A stretch of DNA of 64,000 bases, from positions 34,164,001-34,228,000 of the forward strand of contig CM097885.1 of assembly GCA_044892525.1 (NCBI GenBank), read 5' to 3'. Below, piece by piece: positions 1-15,555 of the stretch; position 1 is the stretch's first letter, and each line of letters starts with the position of its first letter. The notes below the pieces were generated by a model. It had not been told where the DNA came from. It did not search any database and was given only the letters and a program-made list of their open reading frames with translations. The position numbers and the translations under genes are program-made. The stretch comes from Schmidtea polychroa (lineage: Eukaryota).

Positions 1-134
1 AATTAAAATCTCGAGTCAAAAAATTTCCAAGAATCCTTAATGGATAACCAGATTTCATTTGGTATGCTGAAAGAGCAAAATAAATACATTTTACAAAATA
101 CAAAAGTTGGGGAGCTATTTGAGAGTTAAATTTT
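1..134 (-). CDS. piezo: Piezo exon 38 (truncated by window edge)
   Basis: QLLYFVKCIYFALSAYQMKSGYPLRILGNFLT. Confidence 0.92.
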
Positions 135-1671
135 CTAAATATGAAATAAAATATTTATCGTTTAAAATTATTCATCAAACTTCTTTGTAATGTGAGGTAA
201 TGCAAAAAATAACCATGCGTGGATCAAAAGAACATGAAATATTTGAAATATGAACTTTCCTTTAACTTGTTTCCTTAGAAAAAGCGCTCTGTCAATAATA
301 ATGAATACAAACTGAGTAATAATCATTGTTATAAAAGGCACAGGAATCTAAATTTTCAAACTAAACAAAAATATTCTAAATTCATTTACTTTATTTGTTT
401 TAATGAAATCAAACGCATTATCAGCAGAATCAGTCTAAAAGAACGTGATAGTTGGAGGTGATTTATAAAAAATAATCACTAACCCCAGGACCAAATGAAA
501 CATAACCAAAGATAATTATCAGAAACGCAATAAATTCACAAAGAAACATAAAAACATAAACATCCACTTTTTTATTGAATTTTGGATTTGTCATTTTTGA
601 ATAAAATCTTCTCATTTTATATATTGGATTACAGGACCATTTGCTATTAAATCACATGTAAAAATAGAAATAATGATCGACAAATAAATACTTTGATGTC
701 GGAGAAGATTCTTCGTATGAGGATTTGATTTTCTAAATATTAAATTAAATATTTATGCTATATTTTAAATTTGATATGTAGCTATTTTGATATGTTAACT
801 ATTATATGCTTGAGTGGGTCTTTTAGTTTCTAGTTCAAATGTTATTATTTTATAATACTTGGATTGAATCCTTATCTAGAGAACAAGAAATTCCAAAAAT
901 TCTGAATTCTTGAAAGTGACTATTTATCAATATTTTAAGCTTCTTTACATGAATATATTAAAACATTGATGATTACCAATACATTACTGAGTCATTTTAT
1001 TTGCTGTTAGGTGGATGTTATGTTATTTGACCGGTTTATTGGAAGCTTTTCTTACATAGATTCAAGATACTCCAAACGAAATTAATATATCTTCATTGTT
1101 GAGTTTCTGTGAATTTTAATTTTAAATTGGACTTGATCTTGCGATTAAATATTTTTCTTGATTCTTCTTTAAATTTATGACTAGAAACTTGCACATTTCA
1201 TTGTATATAAATCGATAAAATATCAAACCAAATTTTAAAATGACCCAATCAATATATATTAGAATAAATTTTCCAAACTATAATAATTCAGACACTAAAA
1301 TAAAGGATTATGTGATATATAAAAAGAAAAAAAATGTGGTTCTAAATTACAGGATTTAATAGATCGGCCTCAGCGAGCAGTTTAAGCAATTAGCTTTATT
1401 TTATGAATTTCAGTATGAATTTCAATGATGTGTATCCACTGGATCTTTTCTACTCTGATCATAAGTGCTTGTGTCATCGTTGATCATAGTATGTAGATAT
1501 CGCATGAACAATTGAGACAAATGTTCACCAGCCATAACCACATCATATGAAATAAATCCAAGTTAAATTTCATATTTCAATTATACGCATTGCTCAAACG
1601 AAGCCGAAAAAGTGCCATAGCATTATACAGGCGATGATTTTGCACTCAAGGCTTTTATCTGTACCGTTTTG

Positions 1672-1757
<86 letters not shown>

Positions 1758-4700
1758 CATCATATTAACAATTTCATTAAACTCCATCTTAAATCTCAAA
1801 AGGAAAATGGTGAACTAAAAATGTTTTACCAAAAAATAAGTGTTCAATTTGAAAAATATGATTTTAATATTATTTCTTCCGAAAAATATATTGTTTCTGT
1901 TTCATTCAAAGGTCTAAATTTCTGGGCGCATATTTATCTTAATGATCCTTTTTCTTACTTTCCACAATGACGGTAATAAAATAAATAATCAGTCTTATTG
2001 AAATTCATAAAATATTGAATTAACGAAAATGAAATTTTAATAATTTTAAATACACAAAATCTAGATAACTGCAAAAATCATAATTAGTTGAAATATTTAA
2101 ATAATATTATTAATAGATGTTTATAAATCAACATGTGATGTTTATTTATATTTTAAACAACATTAAAAGAAAAAAAAGCATTTACAAGCGATTCGGTGCT
2201 TCTCGTTCATATTATTTATGAACCGTTTTATATGTAATAGTTGTCATAATTAATATCAACGGAAAACGAGTATAAAGCGTTTAATAACGCAATAAATTAA
2301 TAACTAACATTTCTTCCGTCTTGTTCTTTATCGACAATTTCTAAATCTTGAGCAAATTCTGTATGATCTCTCCACAGTCCATTATTTTTTAAATATCCAC
2401 GATGAAGAAATATAAAAAGCAATTGTATTAAATCAAGAATAGCATAATTTTTAGATTTTTCAATGCCAATTATGAGAGGAATCCACAAAGGATCAACTCT
2501 ATCGTTAGTAGTTTCATTAAAACTGATAAAATTGAATTGAAAGATATATTTGATTACGATTACTATCTAAAAAAATGTCTAATAAATCATGATCCAAAAA
2601 TACTACATTCTAAATAAAAAATATAACTTCAATGAACTATTTGGATTAATAATACTAAAATATTAAAAAAATTTCTCCTCTAAAATAATATTTTCCATAT
2701 AAAAATATAATATATTGCTGAAAATAAAAGTTAAAATTTAAAGGCGCCGACAACTGCTTAATCATTTTACAGATGAACCAATATATTGCAATGGTAAGGA
2801 AGATACATTGTCGCGTCTAATAAAAATTATGTAAAGCTAATTACTTAACAAAACTATCATACGTTTGCGACATTATTTGGCAAAAGTGCGCATTATATAA
2901 ATAGTGATTATTAGAATCGGGACAAAACACTGAGCTTCACAATGTATATTTTCAGAATTATTGAAGAATAATAAACAACCTTTAAAAAATAAAAAAATAC
3001 AATTTAGCTAGAGTAAATAATTACATAATAATTGAATATTGATAATGTTAAAGCTAAAATAAATTATGTAAATTATGTAATTAAGATAAATTACTTAACA
3101 AAACTATCATAAGTTGGTGACATTATTTGTGAAAGTATTTGGCAAAAGTGTGCAATATAAATAGTGATTATTACAAATAAGAATTGGGAAAAAACACTGA
3201 GATTCATGATGTATATTTTTCAGAATTATTGAAGTATAATAAATAAACTTTAAAAAATAAAAAACACCATTTAACAAGAGTAATTAATTACATAATAATA
3301 ATTGAATAATGATAATATTAATACAAAAAATTTTTATCAAATTATTTTGAAAGTAGAGTTTTGTTTTATGATCAAAGTTTTAAGAACGAGCTTTTGTCAT
3401 AAAATGAGGCATTATAATATGTTAATAATAATTCATTTAGTTTTTAAAAATATCATAAAAGATAAAAAGATTACCTCTGTATAAGTAATTAAAGCAATCC
3501 AAAAGTTTTTGGATGGTCGAGGAACTGAAAGCATAGCCCATAAAAATACCATGAGAGGATATGGTAAAGAGAACAAATTCCCAGATAGCATATGATTTAG
3601 AATCAAAAGAAAGTAACATACAAATTCAGAATAGATTATTGCTACATTTCCTAATGATATTGCAAGCAAAAAGAACCTCGATCTAGATCGTCGAAATTCT
3701 TGTTCCTTCAGATATTCTTCTTGATTTTTAGAATTAACAAGATTATGACTTCCGTCTCCAACTATTTCTACGACTATTGCTTCTAATTCAATTCTAAAAT
3801 AACAATTTTTTTTCATTATTTCAAATTATGTGATTAATGAATGTGTTCCTATGAATTAAAATAATAAAAATAAGAATTGAGAAAATACTCAAAACTAATG
3901 ACATTGAAATTTCTCCATTATATTTTAAAATTAAAATTACGTTGGATTTGTATATCATATGAATAATTATTTGGATAATATTTTTGCTTGTGAATTATTT
4001 TCAAAAATAATATATAAATCTACAAATTAAATGAATGTGGAGAAAAAAGAATTTATCGGAAGTGAGTAATTTGAGAAAAACGGCTCGAAAAGGAAGGAAA
4101 CTGTTTAGGACCCGACATTCAACTGAAAGTTAAGTTTTACAATAAAGAGTCGATAATCGACAGTAAAAATCTGCTTAGAAACACTGAGAATGGTAAAGAA
4201 CTTCCCAGGGATAACTGAATTTAAAGCTGAAATTCGTTTGTGCTACAAATTCATGAAAAGAAACAAATTGTCCATTCGTTCAGTCACATCAGTTGAAAAA
4301 CAATCACCTATTGATTGAAAAAAGAAAGAAATTTTCAAAAATTAATTCTTTGGCCTTAAATCTAGCGTGAAATTAAGGTAAATCGGGAATATAGTGGAAA
4401 TTGCAGCTATTTTTTGATATCCCCAGAACTAGAACCATTTATGAAAACGAAAAAGAGATCCTATGATAGAAAATCGCAATTAATACTCATCTTCAAGAAA
4501 AATACAATGCTTTTCAAAAATTAATTATCGTAACCATTACAACTAAAGGGTAGATAAATGAGACAATTAAAACTGAATAGGTCGATAAAGTCTAGAGAAA
4601 GAGGAAGAACTCGTTTTTCGTCAATCTTAAAGACTCAATTCTTAATTTTAGTATAAATGATGAAGATTCTGAAACATGAATTTGATGATTTCTAATAACT

Positions 4701-7700
4701 GTCTATAATTAGGTATTTATAATAATTATTTATAATAAATGATAGAATTTCATTTTATTTAATGAAATAAAATTTGAATTAATTTAAATCATTTCGACTT
4801 TGAAAAAATGTTTGAATAATCTGCATCCCTCAGTTTTTCAAAAATACAACTATTTTTTAAGTGTTGCCAACTGAGAAAACACGTAGATTATTTCATGTTC
4901 ATATTAATTTGCACGGTACTGTATTCGCGAGTATACAATAATTTTATAAAATTGTATTTTAACACCCAATATTTTTTATAAAATTGTATTTTAACACTCA
5001 ATATTTAAATTTTTTTTATAATTCATTGCTGCCAAGATCCAATTCCTAAAGTTGTTGAATCAACATAATCCAAGATTAATTGTTGAAATAATAAAAGCGC
5101 ATTTAATGTTTTAAAAATTAATATATATTTATAATTCATTAAAATATTTGAAATATAAAAAAAACCAACCTTCCATCTACTTCATTGCTAATTTTTGATA
5201 ATACTTTGAGTTTAACTAATCGCTTTTCATTGTCTAAAGTACGTCTGATTCTTCGATATTCTTTAGTCCAAGTATTTATCAGTACAATTAAATTGTCAGT
5301 CGTAGTTTGAATGAAGTAGTAAACAACTAGAATACTAGCTTTGAACTTACTCCAACAGCTTTCGGGATCTAAATAAATAAGATGATATTTTTGATATTTA
5401 TTATATATAATTATTGAGACCAGAGAACAACAGTAATATACAACATAAAACTATGATATTAGACATGAAAATTAGGAAAATCCTCTGATCGCGTGAATTT
5501 AATAGAATTTTAAAAAAAAATTATTAAAAAGTCAGAAATAATTTGTAGAGAAAATAAAAAAATAATAAACTTGTTTATATTGAAAAATAAAATATCTATA
5601 AAAATTTAATTTTTATCCCCATCACCATAGCATATATTAAGAGGCGGCGGCCATTTGAAACTAGAAAAACAGTTAAAATAAATTTAAATAAATTCAATTG
5701 TCAAAATGCACATTTCGTTAACTTATTCATATAGCAATATTACATTTTTTTGATTCTTGCATTCATTTGATTTATGTTATTCATTGATTACATTATTATT
5801 ATTATTATTAATAATAAAATACATGGAGAAAAATAAGATTTGAGATGAAATTATTTTAAAATAATATATTTTATTATAATAATTTTAAAAAATCTCCAGT
5901 ATTATTTCTGTAAAGGCATCATAAGAAATTCAACGACTATCATCAATTAACAATATACATTTATTCAATCACTTATTAAATTATTATATCGTAATTGTTA
6001 ATATTTTAATGATGTAAGAAAAATTATTAGTTACCTATTCTATTTTTAAAATCATGGAAATTCGAATAAGATGTTATATTAAAAAATACTATAGTTATAC
6101 TATCAAAAATACTATCATAACTCAATAAATTTTAAGTAGTTTTCGAGTCCTCCTGTCAAAAACTGTTAAGTATACAGAAATAATTTTCTTTAATATAATT
6201 TAAAATTAAAATATTTAATGTTTTGCAGAATATCATACATTTTACATTTTCAAGCCACACTGTACATTTAATAATTGAATAAAGTAGTTTCAACAAATTC
6301 TAATTGTAAATAGAGTTAAATAATTTAAATAATAATGAGCTTTCAAAAAAACTTTTAAAACAAATTAATAATAATGTTGCTATCCACAAAAATAATTTAA
6401 ATTATGATAAAGAGACTTTCAAACAATATGGTCTTTGAATAGAGGTATAGTAATTTTATAGTTAACTACAATTATAAATAATATTTGTAACCACGAAAAT
6501 TTAAAAACATTTTCAAATTAATTTTGATTTTTAATTTCTTCCAAATTTACAATATTGGCGTCAATTTATCTTGGACGACATCGTATTCTCCATTTTCAAA
6601 AATTGGCCAACTTTTTAAAATCCATGTTTTTTAATTTTGTTGAAGTAATAAATTGACGATATCTAATTTAAAATGTCATAGAGAAGAAACATGGTTTTGG
6701 ATTAGAGAGGGAGTGAATAAAATCTATTAAGGTAAAGAGATTACGTGAGGTGTATGTGTACGAATAAACAATTTTCAATGAATTAACTTAAGTTTGAAAA
6801 AAATAATAAGAAAAATACAAACTTCGGCCAATTTTTAAGATTCAAAGTGTCCGCAGTGTCATTCAATAAACTTTTAAGTGAAATAGATAAACTCTCCTCG
6901 TTTTCCAAATCTTTGTCAGGTAAAATTTATCTTACGCCGAAATGGTTAATTTTTAGTATGAAAATATTAATCCAAGTATTTTTAATAATAAATTAAGAAT
7001 ATTCGTGTAAGAATATAATTATTAAAAATTAAATAAATGATTGTATGCATTTTTATTGTTAATAGATAATTTTAGTTAAACTTCTAAGTGGAAAGAAAGG
7101 TACTTCTGCAGTATTTACCCAATAATCAATATTATAATTTAATACGTTCAATTAAATTATTAAATGAATAGGATCCAAATTTTGATTTACACAAAAATTC
7201 AATTAAATAGCCTTCAATAAATTCAGTTTATTCCACTTCTTTTTTTTCTTCACTTAACTATTCCACCCTATTAGTATGAAAGCCAGTATTAGGGTCCGAA
7301 AAGGTTTCATAATGGTTTACAACATGGTGAATATAACCCAATTTGAATATGCTGGCCATCCGTCGCTTATAATTATTAATCCGGGAAGAATATATTGCTG
7401 AATCAGGTGTAATAGGGTTGATACATTACGACTTTCAACAGAATAATAATCGCTTTCTTGGTGATTGAATCGATTGGTCCAAACACCCATTGTTGTCGAA
7501 TAACTATTTATCGATTATATTTTCTTCTAACAAAGAGTCTCATCAATCTCAACCTCTCTTCCATCCCCACCAAGCTGTACTGGATGCTCCATCATTTTCA
7601 TGGCACAAACTTCTCTTAGAAAGTTTTGCCAATATACAATTGTACGATCGGCAAATCCCAGTTCTCTTTATTTTCTTAAAAGAACATTCTTCATAAGTCC

Positions 7701-10700
7701 AAAAATAGATGAACTTCACTAACAAGCCCAAAGATATATTGAAATCTGCGAAGAATGTTCCCGTGAAAAAACTTCTCTGAAAAATTGCTCATCTTATTCC
7801 ATTTTTCCATCTTTCTTCCTCAGGATGAACAAATTCTTTAACAATGAAGAAAGCAAACAGCTTCGCAAAAATCAACAGTATTTTCGACGTTTTCTCCAAG
7901 AGCAAAGTATAATTTTCCCAAAAGAGTAGTTATTAGGTTAATGGAATTCATGCCTCAAATATATAATTTAGATAGATCATTTAATATTTATTTATTTGCG
8001 TTGGGTGAATACTGCAGAAGTACTGAAAGAAATTCCTTGTAAATTATTAAAATAATATTCAGAATTACAGAATTTAAAAAATAATAAATATTAAATCTCA
8101 ATTTTTAATTTTCTCAATGGATCTTATGAATAAAAAATTTACAATTTTTATTTTTCTACTTAAATTTGAATATGGATATTTTTGTAAAAATAAATTCGTG
8201 AATTGAATAATCGAAAAATACCAAAGAAAAAAAACCCGGGAAATATTGACATCATTTATCATTCTATTATTTTTAGACAAAAAATAATCAATAAATAAGA
8301 ATCCAAAAATTCAGCCCCACTAATTACCAAACTTTGAGATAATTACTAAAAAGTTTTCTATATTAATTAATATTTAATTATATTGCAAATTTGAAATCCA
8401 ATACAACACAGTCATTATTTAATATGAAACATAATCCATCAAGAGACGTCACTACTTTATAAAAGCTGTAAAAATGTACAATAGCCCCTTACCTGGGACA
8501 GTGAGTAGATTATCTTCAAAATCCTTTTCTTAAATATTAAACAATAAAGTTAAAATTAAGAAACAGAAATAATTTAATATCAAAATAATAGCATACGAGT
8601 TGATTTTTCAATCTTTTTGTCTGTTTCATCTTTAGAAATCAATTCCGGCACTGAGTTTGAGCTAATGTTCGTGTCCCTGTAGGTTAACGGATTCAAATAT
8701 TTTTCACTTTCAGGTGTGTTAGCGTAATATAAATCGGAATTGAATATGCCTTGATCATTGGTCGATTGATTATCTTGAATTGCTACAGAATGAAACGAAT
8801 CCTCGGTAGTAGTTTCAGAAATATGTGCAGGAGGTGGAGTATTGTAAGCATCTGGTAGGGAATTTAACTCATCATGCTCAGACTAAATTAAAGAGGGATT
8901 AATAAATTATATTTATCACTACATTGAATTTATTGAAATGAAGAATAAAATTTATTAACCAAGACCAGTTTAATACTTTTTGCCAACACCCAATGTTAAA
9001 GTTAGATGCTATAATGTAATCATTATTCTAACCGCATCTTCAACAACGACAGCATTAGACCGACGCAATGTCTACAATTAACGTTTATTAAAAGAAGGAT
9101 ATAATTGGACCTCAATAAATTAAAACTAAGCAAATACTATTTAAAAAGAAGCGCAGCAAATAATTAATTTTAGAATATAACAACACCATTTTTTATAATA
9201 TTATTTAAATAAGAAATAGAAACGTGTTTTTAATTTTTCAGCATAAAATCAACCGTGAAATTAGCATTTAAAGCTTTTCGTTAATCGTTTGGAGATTTTA
9301 TTTAAAAGATTGATATACTATGTTAATAATGTATTTAAAATGTAAAACTTGCAGTTACTATTTCAGAAATCCACAAAGGAAGCCCTAGGTGAAATAAATA
9401 TATTCCAGAATGAATTTAAGGATTTTCTTAAATTAGGTAATAAAATCTTAGAATGATAGGTTCATAGATCTCAGAACCTCGAAAGAAAATTAAACGCTTA
9501 AAACACAAAATCGCAGTTTATTTTATTGAAAGAAACTTGGAATATTAGAATCGAAAAGAATTTATATTTGTATAGGAACTAGATATCAAATTTTCCATGC
9601 ATATTTGGATTGACATGGATTTCTTTAATAATTCGGTTACTTTCATTGATATGATAAAGGTGAGCAAATTATCTTTCAAATTTGACAATTGGAAAGTAAA
9701 ACTTCCCATATCATGTAATAATTTCTATACCTTTGATTTATAATTAAAAAAACCCATTAGAGTCGAGCAACTCGTGCGCCGTACGAAAATTATAGTGTGC
9801 AATGAAAAGATTTGAAAAATATTTTAAAATGCCAGCGTTTTTTTACTTGAGAATATAAAAAATAAGTTTTATTTTTTTAAGCAAGAAATTAGATAATAAT
9901 GGCAAAATTATATAAAATTTATTGAAAAGCGATTTTTGTATTTTAAATATTTTTCGAATGCGTAGGAAATTTCAGTCACCGTAATTTGTGTAGTACGTTT
10001 GTGAAGGACATTGTTTATTGTGACAAAATGCAATTGACCAGATTCAAGGACGCAAAAGGTCTTCAAGAAAAACAAAAGTGCTTAAGTTGTTCACTGTATA
10101 ACTCATCGAGAAGTTCTCGTTTCAAAGATTGTCATTTTAGTTCTGTATGAAAACTCGACGAATTCGTCAAAGCGATGAATTATATTTAGGTGAATTCTCC
10201 AATTAAGAATTTTTGCAATATGATGCGAAGGGTCGTTTTACAAAGCTTTACAAACTGAAGTTTGTTAGAAAATGTTTGAAATAGATTTGTCTGTTTAAAA
10301 GTTGAAATTATTTCATTAGTCGAAATCGAAGAAGTTGATTTTTCATTTTTGAAGGATGACATTCTTAGGTTATGAGTATTATCATTGAGCGATATTTTCA
10401 ACAAGCTGGATGAAGTAAATTTGAGTTTAAAATGAGCTCAGGAAAACTTCATCATATTTTCGGGCAAGTTGAATGCATTTAAAGAAAAGCTGAGTTTGTG
10501 GAATTCAAAAGTTAGCCGGGAACCAAAAAAGGTTGCTCGGAACTGCTTTGACTTTTACAAGTGTATATTTTCGGTACTCGTGAACTTGAAGTATACGAAA
10601 CTCGAAAGACTTCGTATAGTTGATAAGAAATACGAGTTTATTTTTCGAAAATTGAGCCACTTATCAATCTTATTGTACTATCAATTTTTTCTCTATGATA

Positions 10701-13700
10701 GTACACTTAATGAAACTTTCTTTCTCGTTTTCAAGATTTTAATTTTTTTAATTAATAGGTGCACCGCGAAAAAATTTTTTTTTTGATCTGACACTGCATA
10801 CTGTCACAAGATTTACAACTAGGAAATAACATAAAATATGAAACAAATATTTGTATAAGTAGATCAAACGTCTATAGTAAGCTTGACATTAACTTGGTTA
10901 TATTATTATTTATATTTAAGGCTTCTTATTTCATTTTTTATTTTGCTTTTATTATATGCGAATTAAATTTTAGATAGACATTAATGATAACTAACAATTT
11001 TGCAAACCGCAAATATCAATGAATTCGGGAAAACAGGAAGTGGAGTATTTTAGATAAAATTCGATGAATCTGTGGATAACGTGCAAAATAATATGGGATC
11101 TCGTTAGTAGTGTCGACTAATAATTCTTAATTATATATTTATTAAGTAAAATGAATACATCAAGAATAGTGATTTTCAGAGATGGAAATTTATTTCTAGA
11201 AATGCGTGTTCACATAAAAATATATATGACGCAAGAAATACAATGTTCAAAGAAGCACTCCATCTTACAAACCAACTAGTTTTATCATTAAAAATATTGA
11301 AAAAATAAAAAATGCAAAATAGAAAAATTAAATAATAAAGTTAATATACTACTGAAATAACTTTTAAGGTTATCTTGTAGCTTATTTACTTATTTTTAAT
11401 ATAATTTACGACAAATAAAAAATGGAAGAAAATGAGAAAATAAATGTCATAATTCATTAGTAATTATTTTAATTTTAAATAAGATCGAATAAACTGTACA
11501 AAATAAAATTTCAATATAGTGAAAAAAATGACAGTACTCTCATAATATAGCTAACTTCACGATTGCATTATACATTGTAAATATGAAATTTTACCAAAAA
11601 AGCAATCAAAAGGTTTACGTTATTATTTTAATTTAAATATTTTAAACTATTTTATTTTAAATATTTTAAACTATTTTATTTTAAAATTCCTATAATCATT
11701 AAATATCCTCTGGCATGTATAGTCCGACCAGAATTATGAGGATATGCAATGAAAATTCAAATTCAAATTCAAATTTTTCATACATATAAATTAAACAAAA
11801 TTTTTGATTGCCTTCTATGAAAATGTTGAGATTTTATCCCAATAACTATTTCACTAAAATTCGATTACCTGACATGAATAAGGTTGATGAATAGTTTTCT
11901 TAATTAATAAATTATTTACGGTTTTAAAACAACAAATTTTATTTGGAGACACTTGAAAATATGAATCATGATAACTTAATGCTCCTTACAATCCAATAAA
12001 ATTATAAAGAAAAATTTTTTAAATATTTTATTTAATAAATATTTCAAAGAAAGAAATTATTTTATTTTGTTGCTATATAACAAAAGATCAATAAAATTTT
12101 TAAAAATAAGCAAAAATTTTATTGATCTATTCACTAGATAATTATATTATATTTAATTATATAACAACAAAAACCTTTAAAAATTATTAATTATTTTATT
12201 TCATAAATTATAAAAATCGGTTTGGATAGAAGATGGTTAGAAGCATTAAAACAATGAATCTCAAGTATCTCGGTTTAAATTAAACTAATTTCAAAATATA
12301 AAATTTCAAATATCTAAAATTTAGATCGAATAAAAAGAAAAGTCTTAATCAGGAAAATTTATTGTAATATAAAATGTGAAGTTTTGTGATAATTCAGAAG
12401 ATCAAAAAATTTAAATCTGCTTATGAAAAGATCGATGAAAGGCTTTATAAATTCAAATGTGTTTATTTTATTTGTAAATAAGTGATGTATAGATAAAATT
12501 CGTTTTTTAAAATGAAAACATAATTTACTTTCAGCACCGAGAACATGTGGATAAAATCATGTATCTTATGAGATTAATTTATTGAAAGCGCACACGACAG
12601 CAGATAAATTTAATTAGTAACCAAATATAAAAAATTTTTTAAATGTCCTTTCACATTATTATTACAATTATTATAATTAAAATTAAATTATTAAGTTACA
12701 GGTTCTTTTAAAATTTACATGTGGAACTTTTGTACGTCAATTTGAGTTTTTGGATATTAGGAAAGAATAAAAATTGTTTTAGTTTATGATAGATTATAGG
12801 AATAGTGCAACATATGCATGACACTGTAAAACATATATTCAAGATACGTGGATTTATTCATTTGAACAGTATACGGATAAAATTAAGAGTTAGTATATAA
12901 TTGACGACACAAACTATAGGGTTTCTCAAAAGAAACTAACATTTTAAATATAGCAAAATTAGGTTTGAAAAAACCTGTTATTTTATTTAAATCCAAATTA
13001 CAACAAATTATGAAATACGTCATGGTATAAAGTTATATCTTAACATTCTTTTGTTGAAGTTTTACATGGTATTTTGGGTCATTTATTACTGCTCACGCCG
13101 CTATCTTTCAATTCTTAAAATGTCTTATAACCATTAATATTGTCTCTTCATTATGTATCTCCACAAGAAACTTACAGTGGTGTAAAATTAAACGATTTTC
13201 TTGTTAATTGATATTCAATTTTTCGAAAGAGCTCGACTTTGCATGTAATTACCAAATTGTTTCACTAGATGTGAGGCATGTGACGCTGTTTTTCAAAAGC
13301 AAAGATTGTTTAAGTCAATATAATAAAGTTCAGCACATATTTATGACGCATTAGTTACATTCAAATTTCTTGATTTCAAATGATCAATTGTCTTTATTAA
13401 CATACCCACTTAGATGAAAATAAATTTCATCATAAAGCAAAAAGCTTCAATACAAAATTCGATATAGAATGCTCACCGATATTTTCAGTTTTGAGTGCTT
13501 TATGGTATTGATATGCTTGAATAATTCTCAGCACTTTCTTAAATTATCCGTTTATTCTGTAGTACAAGAAATTTTTTGAGTTTCTCACAAAATCCAACTT
13601 TCACAAATTTCTTAATTATTTCTTCATTTTTCTTTAAATTTTTTGATTTGTGATTGCCAAATATGGTACATATTTCCCGAATCTTTTTTGCAAAATATTC

Positions 13701-15474
13701 CCCATTTTAATAGTAAATTTTTATAATTTGAATATTAGCCCAACATTATATGATTTCATATTCTCAAACTCAAACCTTCTGCTATTATATATAAAAAAGT
13801 AATGTTCAGATTTTAAACCTTTATAAATACTTTATTTTAAAATGTTAGCAAATTTTGAGAAACCATATATTTGAAGAAAACTTGACAATCTTTGAAAGTT
13901 TATAAGCTGATTGTATAAAACTAAGAAAGATTTTCAATCAATTTCGTATTTGGAAATCTTTATTTATTGCAACGAACCATGAAAAAAATGGTATCGAATC
14001 GGAACTCTTATAAATGAGAAAATTTTTATGAATAACGATCAATTAATGGATGGTCTCATAGTCGAAATAATAAAGAAATGAATTTTGTTATAATTCACGA
14101 TAAGTTTTATAAAACGAGCCACTTTGTTATATTCAGGAAATCAAGAAATTTATTTTAGTTAATGAAAATATTAAAGTGAATTTTATTAAAAATAAGCTTT
14201 TAATCTTAATAACCTGAATTATATTTTTAAAGTTTTTTATTTTTGTTTAAAGCTATAAAACTTTATTAGAACACATGCATTATTTGTTACAGCTAGGCTG
14301 AGGTTTATGTACATGCATAAACACTTCCCGGCACAATTTGTTTATACAAACTTGCAAGTAACGAACCGATGCATTGTGATGACAAATAGTAAAACTAGAT
14401 TAATAAGCGTTATGTTCAAATGTGTTTTATTAATATTTTTGAACACTTGTTTTGAAATTCAAATCAGTGAAAGTTTTCACCAATGTCATTCAAGAATTAT
14501 ACAATAATACAACTTTTACTCTATATTTCTTTGTCATAAGTGAGTAATTATTTTAGGAATTATTTGCGTGAATATTCTGATTTGTAGACATTTAAAGTTC
14601 AGAATTTTGCAATGATCTTTAATATACAAACTTTTGAATGGGTCACACACGAACTATTCGGATAATTCCGATGAATTTTAAAGATTGAAGTCGTCAATAA
14701 TTTTAAATTATAGTCATAGAATAGACATAAGCAATTCTTTCTAAGAAAGGATTTAATAAATGATGATAATAAATTACGAATGACTGCATTTGATCAAATA
14801 TTGTTGATATTTAGAAGCCCTTTCAATTTTGAGAATGTATTTGAGATTTTTAAAAAAATCGGAAACTTAATACTAAAAAATGTAATAAATGCTCATTAAT
14901 AAATTGTGTATGTGTAACAATTCGTCAAATGACAATTAATAATTATTCTAAAGCATTATTTAAACTTACCCGTCTTGTTTGCCTACGACCTTGAGTATCC
15001 AATCCAACAGAAGACTTTAATTAAAATATATTTATAAATTATTAAATATTTAAAATTACAAAAACAATAAACATGGTATATTTAATATACTATATTATAA
15101 AGGTATAATTTTCAGTTAGGATATTAAATATGAAATAAATATCGTAAATTATAATATAAAGGAAGAAAATTAAATTATAATTGGAAAAATTATCAAAAAT
15201 TTTCTAATAAACTCACGTGAATAATTCGACAATTGCAAAATAAAATTGATACATTGACAAATAATCAAACTCAACAAACGTTAATATTTGAAATTGAACG
15301 AGTACAATTTAAAAAAATGAACAATTTCTTTTCAAGTATAAAATAATTAGACATTGTTGGAATAAAATACACTCAAATAAAGCTATCTGTTGTAATATCA
15401 AGGTATATTTTCATAAAATACCGTAAACATACATTGAATATGCTTTCTATATTAATATCCAATACAACAACAAC

Positions 15475-15555
<81 letters not shown>

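Noticed and set aside
5610..5660. Extra Piezo exon at a GC-rich patch after an acceptor-like AG
   Set aside because: No convincing donor or Piezo-like peptide; the flanking exons already join in phase.
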